From the NCBI RefSeq assembly GCF_009834535.1, contig NC_045697.1, forward strand, positions 56,484,001 through 56,548,000: a stretch of DNA of 64,000 nucleotides, written 5' to 3'. Positions 26,130 to 39,800 of the stretch are shown one piece after another. The notes under the pieces are model-generated. The model did not search any database, was not told where the DNA came from, and saw only the letters and a program-made list of their open reading frames with translations. Both the position numbers and the translations under genes were made by a program. Positions within the stretch are counted from its first letter, which is position 1, and the number at the start of each line of letters is the position of its first letter. Origin of the DNA: Camelus ferus. Its lineage: Eukaryota.

Positions 26130-26300
26130 AATCATATATGAATTCAATTCCTCACACTGATATTATACTAGTGATGTGACCTTCAGATTCAATTTCTATA
26201 TCTCTCAAACATATTCACATGAGCATTAAATGAAGTAACATATTTAAAGTGCCTGTAACACTGCCTGACACAGCAGTTACAAAGTATTAAGCTACTTTTC
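26130..26300 (+). mobile_element. MIR fragment
   Basis: tgtgacctt...gagcattaaatgaagtaacatatttaaagtgcctgtaacactgcctgacaca. Confidence 0.6.
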
Positions 26301-27049
26301 TCTCCATTTTTCAAGTTTACTATGAATACTCTATTTATTAATATAGGTAAAGTATCTACTATAAATATAATAGAACTTTAGTAAATGATAATCTCTATTA
26401 TTATTGTTATAATTATTAAAAAGTAAGATTCCATTTTAGTTAAATTTCATAATACTATAGAAGAGTAACCTTAGAAGACGGGTTGATTATTTCACGAGTG
26501 GATGTTATATTGTTGTTAATTTGGTCAATTTCAGTAAACTGGCTATAACTAAAGGGGAAAGATTATAAATGATTTTACCTAACCAATCAAAAATATTTCT
26601 TTTTGGTGTACTGTGTATGTAGTTCCTGAGATAAGCCATGAATACTACTCACATTATTTGTCTTTTGTGAAAGTGCAATAGAGAATAATAAGTACCAAAG
26701 TTTAAATGTCTTCGTATGATTTTTAAAAGTACACCCTTGCAATGCTATAGAATTATGTGTCCTCATTTCCAGATCTTTGAAAAGAATCTCAGAATATTTT
26801 TATGCAATACTAAGAGTAGATATGACAAGGGGAAGTTCTTTAGGAATTAGATAGCATTGTTTTTCAACTCTCAAAATATTTTAAGTGACATTTTAAAAAC
26901 TTTGCTAGAGAACCATGATTTTTTACCCCAAACTCAGTCCCCCAGCTGGAAGGGGAACCTTCTGTGAAGGGAGAGATCATCTGGAGCCCCTGCATTTTTT
27001 TCACTTTCACATTGCTGGGATGCAATTCAAAATGACTAGATACGAGAAA

Positions 27050-27790
27050 AAGTAACAGATATGAATGAACATTAATAGAAAAGCAGAAATTAGACTCTCA
27101 TTTTATCCAGATACTGGAGTTAGCAGATAGCTACTTTAAAATAACAGTTATAAATATATTTAAGAAAATAAGGAATGGGAAAATAGACAAAATAGTGGAT
27201 GATTTCAGCAAATAAATGAAACAGAATCAACTTAACCTTATAGATACAAAAACATATATTATCTAAAACAATAAATGTGTTTAGCAGCATATTGGATAAA
27301 GCATTGTTGAGTTTAAAATACTAAAATTGAGGCATAGAGAGCAAAAATAATGAAAACTCAGAACAAAACATAAAAGACATTCAGTAAAAGCTAAAAAGCA
27401 GTCAGAGAAAAAGAAATGTTATAGGAACAGAATAATGACTTTGACTTCTTGAGCAAAATAATGGAAGCCTGAAGGCAGTGGAATGATAGCTTTAAATTGC
27501 TGAAAGAAAATAACTACATTCTAGAACTCTATACTACAGCAAAAAATAACCTTAAAATGGAGAACAAAAATAGTTTTAGACAATAAAAGACAATTTTTCA
27601 AAAAGCACACTTGAACTAAAAACAAAAAGAAACAGTTAAAAAACTAATTAATAGAAAGCAATTCTCTTGGAAGAAAATAATAAAACCAAGAAATATGATG
27701 CAGGAAGGAATGAAGGACACCAGAAAGGGTAAATTTATGGGTACATAATTAACTATGGAAAACGCAAAACAATATTTGTTGCCTTGTAAA
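27050..27790 (+). mobile_element. Old L1 ORF1-region remnant
   Basis: A-rich; ccagatactggagttagcaga, aatggaagcctgaaggcagtggaatgatagctttaaattgctgaaag match decayed L1M ORF1. Confidence 0.75.
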
Positions 27791-27791
27791 A

Positions 27792-28372
27792 TGTGTCAGA
27801 CACTAAGGAGACTCCTAAAGATCCTCACTGTCTAGTATTCATGTCCTTATATAACGCCCTCCACTTGAAGGATCTTTGCCTTGCTACCAAACAAGAAAAG
27901 TGGCAAAGGGATGGGACGTCCCTCTCAAGATCATGCTGTGTTATATAGGACTTGTTTTTCCTGGCACACTTGCTCTCAGGACTCCCCCAGTTGGCTTACT
28001 TCATTAAGCCTCCATGGTGGAGAAGGGCATGTGGCAAGGAACAGCAGGCAATCTTGAGGAACTGTGGTTAGGTTCTAGTTGCTTACAGGGGCCTCTGGGA
28101 GCTGAAGGTGACCTCCAATTTCCAGTTAGCAAGAGTTTGGGCCCTCAGTTCTTCTGCTGCAAAAATATGAATTCCGCTAACAAGCTAGGTGAGCTTGGAA
28201 ATGGATTCTTATCCAGTTGAGAATACAATTGTCTGATATGTTGATTGCAGCTTTGAGAATCTGAGCAAAGGACTCAGCTAATTGCCTGATCCTTAGAAAC
28301 TGTGAGATAATAAATATGCTTGAAGTCATTAACTGTATGGCAATTTGATATACTGCATGGAAAGCAACATGT
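27792..28372 (+). mobile_element. MaLR LTR (MLT1) inserted in old L1
   Basis: gatcctcactgtctagtattcatgtccttatataacgccctcc; gaaactgtgagataataaat. Confidence 0.8.
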
Positions 28373-29120
28373 AGAGTTTAAATTATATATAGAACTATTA
28401 TGCATGACAACAAGAGCATGAAATATGAGAGCTGCGTAGAGTTAAAAAATTTAAAGCTCCAGTGGTATTGGGGAAATGGTAAAAGTAACGTGTATTAGAT
28501 TCTAGTAAGTCAAGAATGTATGTTGTAATCTCTATGTTACTATCACTTTGAAAATACTTGGCTTTGTCTGTTTAAGCTGGATATATACACACATTTTGAA
28601 CCAACAATTATTTTCTAGGTATATATCCAACATAAATTTATATAATATATATTCACCAAAAGTCATATGCCAAAATGTTTATAGCAGCACTATTCTTTAT
28701 TGTCCCAAACTGGAAAATGCCTAAATGTTCATCAATAGTTAATTAGGTGAACATTTTGTGATATATTGGTGCATGGGTGATTTACAACTATAAGCAACAA
28801 AGTGAATGATTTTCACAAGCAAATATTGAGTAAAAGACTTCATATACAAAAGAGTACAAACTATATTTCCATTTTTATAAGGTGCAAAACTTGTTGAAAC
28901 TAATCTGTGCTGTTAAAAGTCAGGATAATTGTTACCGTGGAAAGGTGAAATTGTGACTAAAAATAAAATGAGGGAGCTTCTGGTATGGTGGCGATGTTCT
29001 TTCAATATGAGTGCTGATTACACAGATGCATCCCATCTTGTGAAAATGCAGCAGCTATAAATATATATATACTATATATACACAGAAAAATGTATTTTTC
29101 ATAAAATTTTATTTCAAAGT
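28373..29120 (+). mobile_element. Old L1 continuation and L1M 3' end
   Basis: aaaatgtttatagcagcactattc...ccaaactggaaaatgcctaaatgttcatcaatag. Confidence 0.75.
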
Positions 29121-30547
29121 ATTTGCTTGGGGCCCACCTTGTAGGAAGCACTGGGCTAGATGTGCGATGGAGAGGATATTAATATGAGTAAGTGCTCTTA
29201 CTCTCAAGGATTCTACAATCTAGTGAAAGAGATAGTTACAAAAACAAGAAAATGCCAAGTCAGTAAGCTATGGGAGCAATGGCATGTGTATTTGAACAGA
29301 TTTAGGCATCAGAAGAGGAAGTATAATCTCATACTTGAAAAGAAAAAAGAAATAAGTGCCAGCAAAAAAGGAAGTGGTAAAAGAATTTGCACTTTCCACT
29401 CCCATCTGCAGTCCCTGGGGATTGGAGGTGAAGAAAAGAAAGATATGGTGGAAACTAGGTGGGAAAGGGAGGATTAATGAAAGATTTTGTTTTGTTTTAT
29501 AAACCATTATAGCATGTTCATCAATATTGGAAAAGGAATTTTTTTTTAAAAAGAGGTGGTGCTTAAAATGTAAACATTTGAAATTACTGATGGAACAAAG
29601 TATCAGTGGGGATAAGGAAAAAGAAAAACAAAGGTATAAACACAGGTAGGACAATCAGTCTTAAAGAAAAGTCTGACATTTTCCCCCATATCTGTAGGAT
29701 TTTTCTGAAATATACTAGAAGAGAAAGGTGGTACTGGGTCAAGGGTGTCTACTTGGTGCCCATGTGCAGCTGTGTTTGGTGACCTGGATCCTTCTCGTTC
29801 TTCACCTGTAGAGGCTATTCCACTTAGCTATGTTGAACTGGAGAAGACGGAGGCACAGAGTGCTAGAGCTTCAATGATATATGTGAACACATGCCTCAGA
29901 GACTGTTTAATCTAAATTAGACCTATAAAAATATATGCCTATGGGATTTGATGATTAAAGTAATCAATTTAATTGATGAAAATAATCAGAATGCTAATTT
30001 ATACCACAGAACAAATTAGTTCTATGAAACTTACAGATTAAAAACTCAGACCCAGGAAAATATTTTTCACTTTTGATGAAAACACTGATAGACTAGTTAG
30101 AAATTCAGAACTAAGGTTTACACTCAATTACACTAACTTTACTGTGCCTAGATTTTCTGGTAGAATCATTCTCCTTCAATATCTTCCTCTCCTTTGTTTT
30201 TAAATGTAATGTATCTAAAATTTTATTTTCTCTGCATTTTAACGTAAGCCGTCATAGCTTAGTTAGGAATAATGTTCAACTACACGTATTCATCTACAGA
30301 ATAGATAAAGCAGACTGCCGTGAACCCAAAATGAGATGATGGAGGCAAAATGAAGCTGTTCTTCTTTTGTGTGTGTCTGGTTGTTCTCAGATTTTTGTTT
30401 CACTGGGTTGTTGAAACTTCTTAAGTGGACTTCAGAGCTCTAGAGCTGCTTTTGTTTGCAAACAGTTGTCTAACAGCTGATCTTTGTTGGCAAGGGGAGG
30501 ATGGAGGCTACAAGTCTCCTATGCCACCTCTTTGATGACATCACTCC

Positions 30548-30949
30548 GTGCTGTGTTCTTTTCTGAAGCTCTGGGTCTTCTAAAAGCTCAGGTGGTTGTT
30601 GGCACAATTCATTTCATTGAAGCTTTAGAACTCATGGCAGCTGCTTTTTAAGGTCAGAAGCAGAATTTCTCTCATTGGAAGGAAGGAATAAGCTCTTTTT
30701 TAAATATTCACCTGATTAGGTAAGAGCTAACCCTGCCCAGCCCTTCTGATTAAATCAAAGTCACACTAATTACAGATATCTGGATCAGCAAAGTCTACTC
30801 GCCTTTCTCGTATAATGTAACATATCATGAAGAAACCATGCGTGATACCCACAGATCCCACCCACACACACACAAAAGGAGGAGATTATATGTGTTTCAC
30901 AACAGGAAGTGCAAATCCTGAGGGCCATCTTAGAGTCTGCCTGCTCATG
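30548..30949 (-). mobile_element. MaLR LTR (MLT1), reverse
   Basis: tcaggtggttgttggcacaattcatttc, cacctgattaggtaag, gggccatcttagagtctgcctgc. Confidence 0.75.
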
Positions 30950-32239
30950 GATATAGCCATAAAACAAAATGGGCCCACACATCAAAGGAAAAGTAGAACT
31001 TATTTTCCAAGACATGTAGTTTTAAACTTGTGCATATGCCATGCTAAGTAAACATTCAGAGAAACTAAATAAGTACAATTATTTACATATATATATATAA
31101 ATAAATTAGTAATCTTATGAAATTCCAAATTGCATACTGATTTTCATTCAAAATAGTACTGTTAACCAAACCCACATATTTCTTAAACCTTTCCTATTAA
31201 GTCTGATGGTTTCTTATCAGAGCCAAATATATACAATTTACTTTACTTTCAACATTCCATGTACACATATTTGTCATTCTTTCCTATGTAACCAATCATC
31301 TAAAAATCCATAATTATTTCTCTTTTTCAAAATTAGGTATGATTTAATTTAAATGTTATTTCAGTATATATGTATGTCTGTTTTGTTATTGGAGGTAATC
31401 TGAAAAAAAAAAGAAAAATGGATTAGCATTTTCTAGGATCTAGAAGGCTAAATCAAGGGCAACATGCTGTTGCTATCCCGACAAAAAAAAGAAAAACCAA
31501 TTTTTCACTTTCAAGCTGCTCTGATTTTCAATTGTTACATTTTGAAATGTTAATTAGTGATTGGTGTTGCTAAATAAGAAGCTGTGAAATCTCGAAATTT
31601 CATATCTTGCCCTGATTTTAAGATACAGTTACAATCTCTGATTTTACTGAATACATGTTGAAATGTGTTTTAAGCACAGATTCGTATAAATACACCAAGG
31701 TTCATATATCATAGACAATATAATTTATTCTGAGTAGTAAATTATTTGGCTTTAGATACACAACCTTGAGTTTCATAGAAATCCAATGGACAACATTTAG
31801 GAAATGTTAGAAGGAGTGCCTTCTCTAGGTTGCAGATAATTTTTCTTCAGGATATCTCCAAGGAGTCTTCATATTTCAGTGCACATTCAGAATTTTTGTC
31901 GTTTAATAAAAATTTATTGAAAAACTACTATATTCTTGGCATCATTATGTGTGTTGGATACATGTGGTAAGTTAAAAAATGAGGTTCAAGTTGGAGTTTC
32001 AGAGACTGACAAATGATGTACTTAATTTCTAAATTAATTTTTCAAGATAGAAAAGAAATTGTCAGTTTTCTACCCTTAAAGATTTTGGACTTCCTAATAT
32101 TCAGCCCCAGAACTAGATAGGTAGATTTCCTCACCCAATTTAAGCAGTATAGTAAAATCTCCTTCTTAAATTGCTGAGATAATTAAGTTAAATATCTGCA
32201 ATAGATAGTCTTTGATTTTGGCTTAAATTATGGTCGACT

Positions 32240-33575
32240 CTACAGCAATCGATAATTCATACAGAGATTGGCACCTGAATTACTTCAAGTGGAGTGCTGC
32301 TGTAATGGAATCCTAAAACATGGGAAGTGGGCTTTGGGAGGGAGCCATAAGCAGAATCTGGAAGGGCAATGAGGAGACTGCCAAAGGAGACTAGAAATAG
32401 TATTCTGAAGAATAATTAGCAAGAATACTGCTTGAGTCTTGGAAAATAGAAAAAAGTATTTACCTAAATTGTGGATCTGACTAAACAGGTTTCCAGGAAG
32501 AATGCCGAAAGTATTGATTAGTTTTATTTACCACATATGATAAGGTGTTGTAAGAGATTAGTGTATGAAAAACAAAAAAAAATCATATTTCAAGTACTTT
32601 TTAGAGAAAATATTTCAAACCATAGCTTGCTAGCTTAGAAAATAAAGCTTGTTTTTTTTTTCTCAGCCTCTTCATAGGGCAAATGATGCTTAATGTAAGA
32701 AGTGGCTTCAGAGTTTTGCCAGGAAAAATGTTCTTTTAGGTTAAAGATCGTATCAAAAATCTGCCTGTAATTCATCCTTGTTAAGACCTTTGAATGATTC
32801 AAAGCAGGGTCTGTAGACCCTCTTAGCTAAACAAAAAATGTTTATAAAGAGTTGTAAGGATATTTTCCCACAGCATCAGACTTACAGCCCAAGGTAAAGA
32901 GAAGCTTACCAAAAGGAGTTTGTGTGGTACTTTTTGTCTAAATGAGTGAATTATAAACTATTATATAAAAATGTCTCAAATAATTTAAAGAAGTTGCCCA
33001 CTTTGAGCTAATAGTGCCAGAGAGAAGGACCAAATGAATATGAGCCTCTGAGACTCAATTTCTATTTGCAGGAAGTCATCAAAAAAGTCCTTCACATACA
33101 AACCTGGGCCATTTCTTAATGAGAAAAGAGGAAGATTGGGGGGAAAACAAAAACGAAACAGAATAGAACGAAACAAAAAACAAACCAAGAGCACGGAAGG
33201 TGAAGCTGGGAATTTCAGAGAAGCACTTCCAGGAAGTGCTTAACCAAGGATCTCTGACAGTGGGGGTCCAGCTGTGGCCAAGAGCCTCTTATTTCTTCCC
33301 ATTTCAAATGGCAGTATCTACAGTATTAATGCCATTCCTTTTTCACCAAGGGATGCTAATGCTGAATGTTCAGGGGCAATAACTTGTCTTTTTAGTTTAG
33401 AGATCTTTAGGTGGAGAAAAGCCACACCTCAGGAGCTCCATTCGCATTCAATCTTGATGCAGATGATAAAATCCTGCTCTTCAAATTGGTGATATAATGT
33501 AAGGAAACTCTTAGGGAAGAGATACATGTATTTGGAAAAGATATGAATTGTTGTGGCCAAGGGTTGGCTGCACTG
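32240..33575 (+). mobile_element. MaLR internal region (MLT1-int-like)
   Basis: tacagagattggcacc...gtggagtgctgctgtaa...cctaaaacatgggaagtggg resembles the MaLR internal 5' end; ends atgaattgttgtggccaaggg. Confidence 0.65.
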
Positions 33576-33599
33576 GATGGTCTCACAATATGATTACCA

Positions 33600-36290
33600 A
33601 CAGTTTTAAAAACAACAATAAAACCAGTTAAACATGGATTTTTAAAAAATTATAAACATGTGCTTGCAATTCTTAGTTATGGTAGCAATAAAATGCTCCT
33701 CTAAACAATTGCTGCAGTTATTGTTAAGTTTTAAATATATATTTATATTTACATCTTTATATATTGCAATTTTCAACTTAGCATGCTCTTTTTTATATTG
33801 AAATATAGTCAGTTACAATGTGTCAATTTCTGGTGTACAGCATAATGTCCCAGTCATGCACATATATACATACATTTGCTTTCATATTCTTTTTCATTAA
33901 AGGTAATTACAAGATATTGAATATAGTTCCCTGTGCTATACAGAAGAAATCTGTTTTTTAATCTATTTTTATATATAGTGGTTAACATTTGCAAATCTCA
34001 AACTCCCAAATTTATCCTTTCCTACCCCTTTTCCTCTTGTAACTATAAGATTGTTTACTATGTCTATGAGTCTGTTTCTGTTTTGTAGATGGGTTCATTA
34101 GTGTCTTTTTTCTTTTTTCTTTAGATTCCACATAAGAGTGATATCATATGATATTTTTCTTTCTCTTTCTGGCTTACTTCACTTAGAAGGGATGATCTCC
34201 AGCTCATAAAATAGCATTATTTTATTGTTTTTTATGGCTGAGTAGTATTCCATTGTATAAATATACCACAACTTCTTTATCCAGTCATCTGTCTGTCAAT
34301 GCACATTTAGATTGTTTCCATGTCTTAGCTATTGTAAATAATGCTGCTGTAAACACTGGGGTGCATGTATCTTTTCTAATTAGAGTTCCCTCTGGATATA
34401 TGCCCAGGGGTAGAATTGCTGGATCATATGGTAAGTCTATTTTTAATTTTTTGAGGAGTCTCCATACTGTTTTCCACAGTGGCTGCACCAAACTACATTC
34501 CCACTAGTAATTTAGGAGAGTTCCCTTTTCTCTACATCCTCTCTAGCATTTATCATTGGTGGACTTTTTAATGATGACCATCTGACTGGTGTGAGGTGAT
34601 ACCTCATTGTAGTTTGGATTTGCATTTCTCTGATAATTAGCAGCACTGAGCATTTTTTTCATGTGCCTATTGGTCATTTGTATGTCTTCATTGGAGAATT
34701 GCTTGTTTAGGTCTTCTGCCCAGTTTTGGACTGGGTTGCTTGTTTCTTTGTTATTAAGTTGTATGAGCTGTTTATATATCCTGGAAATTAAGCCTTTGTG
34801 AGTCACATCATTTGCAAATATTTTCTCTCATTTTGTAGGTTGTTGTTTTGTTTTGCTTACTGTTTCCTTTGCTGTGAAAAACTTGTAAGTTTGATTAGGT
34901 CCCATTTGTTTATTTTTGCTTTTATTTCTATTGCCTGGGTAGATTGCCCTAGGAGAACATTGCTAAGATTTATGTCAGAGAATGTTTTGCCTATATTTCT
35001 AGGAGGTTTATTGTGTCTTGTCTTATATTTTAGTCTTTAAGCTGTTTTGAGTTTATTTTTGTGTATAGTGTGAGGGAGTGTTCTAACTTCATTGATTTAC
35101 ATGTAGCTGTCCAGTTTTCCCAACACCACTTGCTGAAGAGACTGTCTTTTCTTCATTGTATATTCTTGCCTCATTTGTCAAAGATTAATTGACTGTAGGT
35201 CTGTGGATTTATTTCTGGGTTCTCTATTTTGATCCATTGATCCATATGTCTGTTTTTGTGCCAACTTAGCACATTCTTTATATTTATCCTTTATTATACA
35301 TATTTTATGTGTAAGTTAAATTGGGCTTTACAATTTGCTGTCGACTCTTGTGGACTCAACTATATGCATATGATTTGAAACAAAATTCATTAAGATTTGG
35401 GATTGTTTGAGCTCACATTGGGAGTCAAGTCTCCAATTCTCCAATTCTTCTGGTGCTACATACTTTAGGTATTTAACTGTTATTCAAAATATAAATGATG
35501 ATAGCACAGTGATTTTAAGGCCAAAAGAAAAAAGCATAAGGTAATTTCATTCTGTCTTTCAAAAGTGACTACTTGGAGTTTGTTTATTTTTTTTCTTTTA
35601 GTCTCTCTCTTTATACGTATATATATATTTTTTCTACAGAAACATTTGAAAATTGCTGTAATTGACCCCAAAGAAACAAAAACTTAGAATGCCATTTCTA
35701 AAATTCATTATAAAATAGGATTTCTATGAATTTCTGCCAAACTTATCTTTAAGACTTTTCAAAACTATATGCATCTGTTTCTTCATGTGAGAGAAACTTT
35801 TTGAAATAAAAATTAATAAAACACATTCTTCAATCAACTATGAGCAAAGTTAGATTGACAAATCTTGTTATGCTAACTATTCAACATGATTATATGAAGA
35901 AGATCAATTTTGATGAATTGACAAATTTCCAAAAGTTACAGCTCTAAAATATAGACTGTAATCATTACTCATTACTATGACAAACCAACATGCAGGTATA
36001 TATTTATTTTTTCCTGTTTTAAAAAATACACTAATATAATTGAAAAGAACTGTTCATAATTCTTATTGTATGCTATTTTTATTTTTATATAATTAGACAT
36101 ATAAAGTTCAATAATATGTACATATGAAGTTCAATAACAAAAAAGTTTCCTGGTCAGCATTTCTCTTCTGTCCATTATTATTATTGATTTCATGTCACGC
36201 TTACTACTGAAAATGATTTTGCCATATAGAGAAGTATGGCATTAAAAAAATAATCTGCTTCAGGTGTCAAATACGCTAAGTATCCTACTT
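33600..36290 (+). mobile_element. hAT DNA transposon fossil (Tip100-group-like), split by an L1; left boundary approximate
   Basis: 35771-35890 translates ASVSSCERNFLK*KLIKHILQSTMSKVRLTNLVMLTIQHD, the hAT C-terminal dimerisation motif; terminus-like ggtgtcaaatacgctaagtatcctact near 36265-36288. Confidence 0.7.
33792..35261 (-). mobile_element. 5'-truncated L1 (~1.47 kb) with TSD
   Basis: Minus ORFs [32 protein letters not shown] and [14 protein letters not shown] caacttagcaNNNtcttt at 33774-33791 and 35262-35279. Confidence 0.95.
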
Positions 36291-36875
36291 ATGGTAATTC
36301 TAGTGGGGCCAAAGAGGGGCTTTAGGTTTCTAATCAAAGACAAAAGTGGTTCATGCTCATGAAAGTAAAATCTGTGCCCTCATTTTCATTGTCAGGGATT
36401 ATAAGAATGAAAAGGAAATAATGTTGATTATATTTATATTTCTTAGAGTCCACCTGGAATAAAAGAGAATTAATTCTAAGTCATTAAATGCTCTTTCAAA
36501 CTAACTAAAATTGTATAGAGAAGGGCATGATTTTTTATTAGATTAGACATCTAATGTGTTATAAGAGAAAATCAAGTAGAGCAAAGAATGTGAACAAATA
36601 TGGTTAGAGATAAATAGCGATAATACATCTCTGTACATGTTTTTCAAAATTTCAATGTTATTTTCATCATATAACTTTATTTAACCATTTCAATTACCTT
36701 ATGCAAAAATAAGTCATGGTAAATTTGGGGGGTAGAAACCACATTTAGCGGGTTGGGGAGTGAATGGACTTTGATGAAGTGAAAACAAAGAAAGACGGTA
36801 ACTCTATTAAACTCTGATGATACTAACATATGATTAATCCTAATTAAAGAGCATAGTGGCACTGGGAGTTTGAAC

Positions 36876-39800
36876 TGTAGATCTGCATTGGGATGTGGTG
36901 TGCAAATCTCCCTTCAAGACTCAGAGACCTTATTACCCTCACTACTGGAAGTGCTGCTGGCAGATAGCATCAGTTGTTAACTCTCTTTGCAATTATCTTG
37001 GCTGACAAGAGTAGTCACTAAAGTCATCTCCTTTCCAAAAAGGCTTGCATCCAGTGAATGGTCAACACAAGATATAGAGACCTCACTGCAACCCAGGATA
37101 AATCTGAAGGGCAATGCTAGAGTCAGAGCTCCCTATACAATCAGCCAAGGTCTTTGTTGAGGCAGTATCACAGCCCAACTTCTCCCTCTTTTCAATTTTC
37201 CTTTCTTTCTTTTACATAGGTTGCGATTCCTCCTTGCTAATTTCTATATCAGAGTTTGCTTACAGTGGATTCTAATCTACAACAGGTGGTTCGGGAAGCG
37301 ACCCAAGTGAATACAAACTTGGAATTTTGAAACTGAATCATCTGCCACCCAAATGGCTGTAAAAAATTTAATAAACAGGAACCTCAATTAAATAGAGCTG
37401 GGTAACCAGAACGGGGGAGCTCTCTCACCCTGTAAGGATAGCAGAGCCCAACAAGAAGAAAAGCTCATTGATTCTTTCCTGGTAATGAAAAGTCATGGAC
37501 TCTTTGTTTATTATAGACTTCTCAACTTCCTCTTCTCCAAAAATATGTTCTCCTTCCCTTTCCTTGGGGAATGAGGACTTGCACGTGGCTCACCACAGTT
37601 GCAGACCCCAAACTGCAGTTCTCTGTTGATCCCAAATAAACCTATCTCTGCTGGAGAAATATATGGCAGTCTGTTTGTTTTAGGTCAACATGTCAATAAA
37701 AACTCCAGTGCTATTTGTAAGTGGAATACAACTGACCTTGAGAACAAGTGTTCAGTTCAATCTTTTATTAGTAACAAATTGAGATGGGCTATGGGTTAAA
37801 AGGAATGCGCTATCTGGCATGATGCATCAAGAGTTTGGGAAATATGGGGGAAATAGTAAGTATAAAGATAGTGGAACTGGGCTGCTTTGCTAAGTTCCAT
37901 TGATATTTTGGAATGGAATAACTTAAGGTTGAGGGTCATGAATTGGCAATTCAATAATAAGTAGGAAGTTCAGAAGGCCTCCTTAGTAGTGTAGAAAGAG
38001 ATCTTCATCTCTTTCCGCATCTTCCACATGCAGAAAGGCATGTACCTCTGTAGACAAGGTCCAGGACTTAAGCATAAAGGTATCAGAGCCCCAAAGAATT
38101 TGGAAGGTCCATTATACTAAGATGAAGGCTTAGGTGGGGAAAGAATGTGGCTCTGCTAAATTGGATAAAGACATCCAATGCACCCCAAAATTTTGAATCC
38201 TCAAGTCCCCTTGAATCCTTTGTATATACAGAAGTGGCCCAACCTTCTTCTTTTAGGACTTGTGCCTTCCCCAACTTGCTGGAGATGATCCAGAGGCCTC
38301 TGCTCTCTAAGACAATGTGAAGTCCTCTCAAAATTCACTTTCAACCTCAAGGACAATAGCTAGGGTTAAGTCACAGTATAACATGACTGTGGATGTGACT
38401 GAGTTTGACAAGGAAAGAAGGAAACTATAGTCCAAAGAACCCACAGGACACACTCTTGCCTATACTGGCCCAAGCTAGGAAAACATACATAGGGTTGTAT
38501 TTTGAGGATCAAGGGTGACAGAACATAGGTTGGATAAGAGAAAGTCTATCAAATCAAGGTATCTATGATTTAGCACTCTGGTAAGGCCCTGGAAGACGGT
38601 GCAAACATACTGCTAAAATGGCCACTAGAAGCATGCAAAAAGCTATGGTTCACTCCCGTTGAGATAGTAGTGCCCAAATCTCCAAAGCAGATAGCAGAAG
38701 GGACTAAAAGGATCAGAGAACTGGACTTGCAAGAATGTATATACTAAATAAGGCTGGAAAACTCACTAGAGGGCAGCTCACATGACACAACACTTACCAG
38801 AGCACTTAGTAATGTACTGGTAAGAGGGTACCATCATCATCACTAAATTCAATGGTGGCTCTTTCCATCTGGACACAGCTGACAGTAGGAGCTGCCATGA
38901 TAAAGGCAGACTGCATGAGACTGGGTGAAACTGCCTAGTCATCAGATGCCAGGATGCAATTACTATAAATGAGTGGCAAAGATGTAGTGGCACATGACAT
39001 CGAGGAGGGAGGCACCGATCCACAGAGAGATACAGTGGTGGTTAATAAAACACGGTATGCCTAGGGGCAAAACGGGTGGGAAGCCAGCAAGGCTACTGCT
39101 AAATCGGTAAATTTAAAAGAAATAAAGGATGGTTTGTCAGGAGGCTAAAAGTAGTCCACCAATTAAAAAAAAATATGATCCCTTACCCAGTTTCCAGACC
39201 TATGTCAATGGGCTTAAAACCCATTGACTGAGGAGAATCTAGGTCTTCGGTCTTCTAATGGAAGGTTCAACATCACAAGAAGCATATATGATAATGCATT
39301 TACTAGTCCTTCCTGAAATGGACTCATGGACATTTGTTTGGATAACCTTACACTAGGGAAAAGGAATACCCAACTATTTAGGGATATTTGGACACAAGAT
39401 TTGAATTGACATTGACATCTGACGATACAAAGCATCATACTGGGTCCCTGCTTAGAGTGGAGGTTCATGGGAATCAGATAATAAATGGAGTCCTGATCCA
39501 GGTCTAGTTCACAGTGGGTCCATGGACTTACTCACTGTTCATTTTCTTATTCCCTAAGTACAGAATGCGAGCTGGCACAACCCTTATATTGGTTTTCTGG
39601 CTTATAAAAGAAAGTCTTTTGTAGTAAGAAAAGCCACCTAGAAGCTCCTGAAATAGTCTCCACTCAGGCCAAGACAGTAAATCACGACAATACTGCACCC
39701 CAAAGGGAATGGTAGAATTCAGTGCCACCCTTGAAAACCTAAAGAACACAGGAGTAGTGGTTTTCACTATTTGATTCAGCAATCTGGCACCTATAAAAAC

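Noticed and set aside
29160..29654. Overlapping 105-aa and 128-aa ORFs
   Set aside because: Purine-rich/L2-like low-complexity sequence with no splice or domain support
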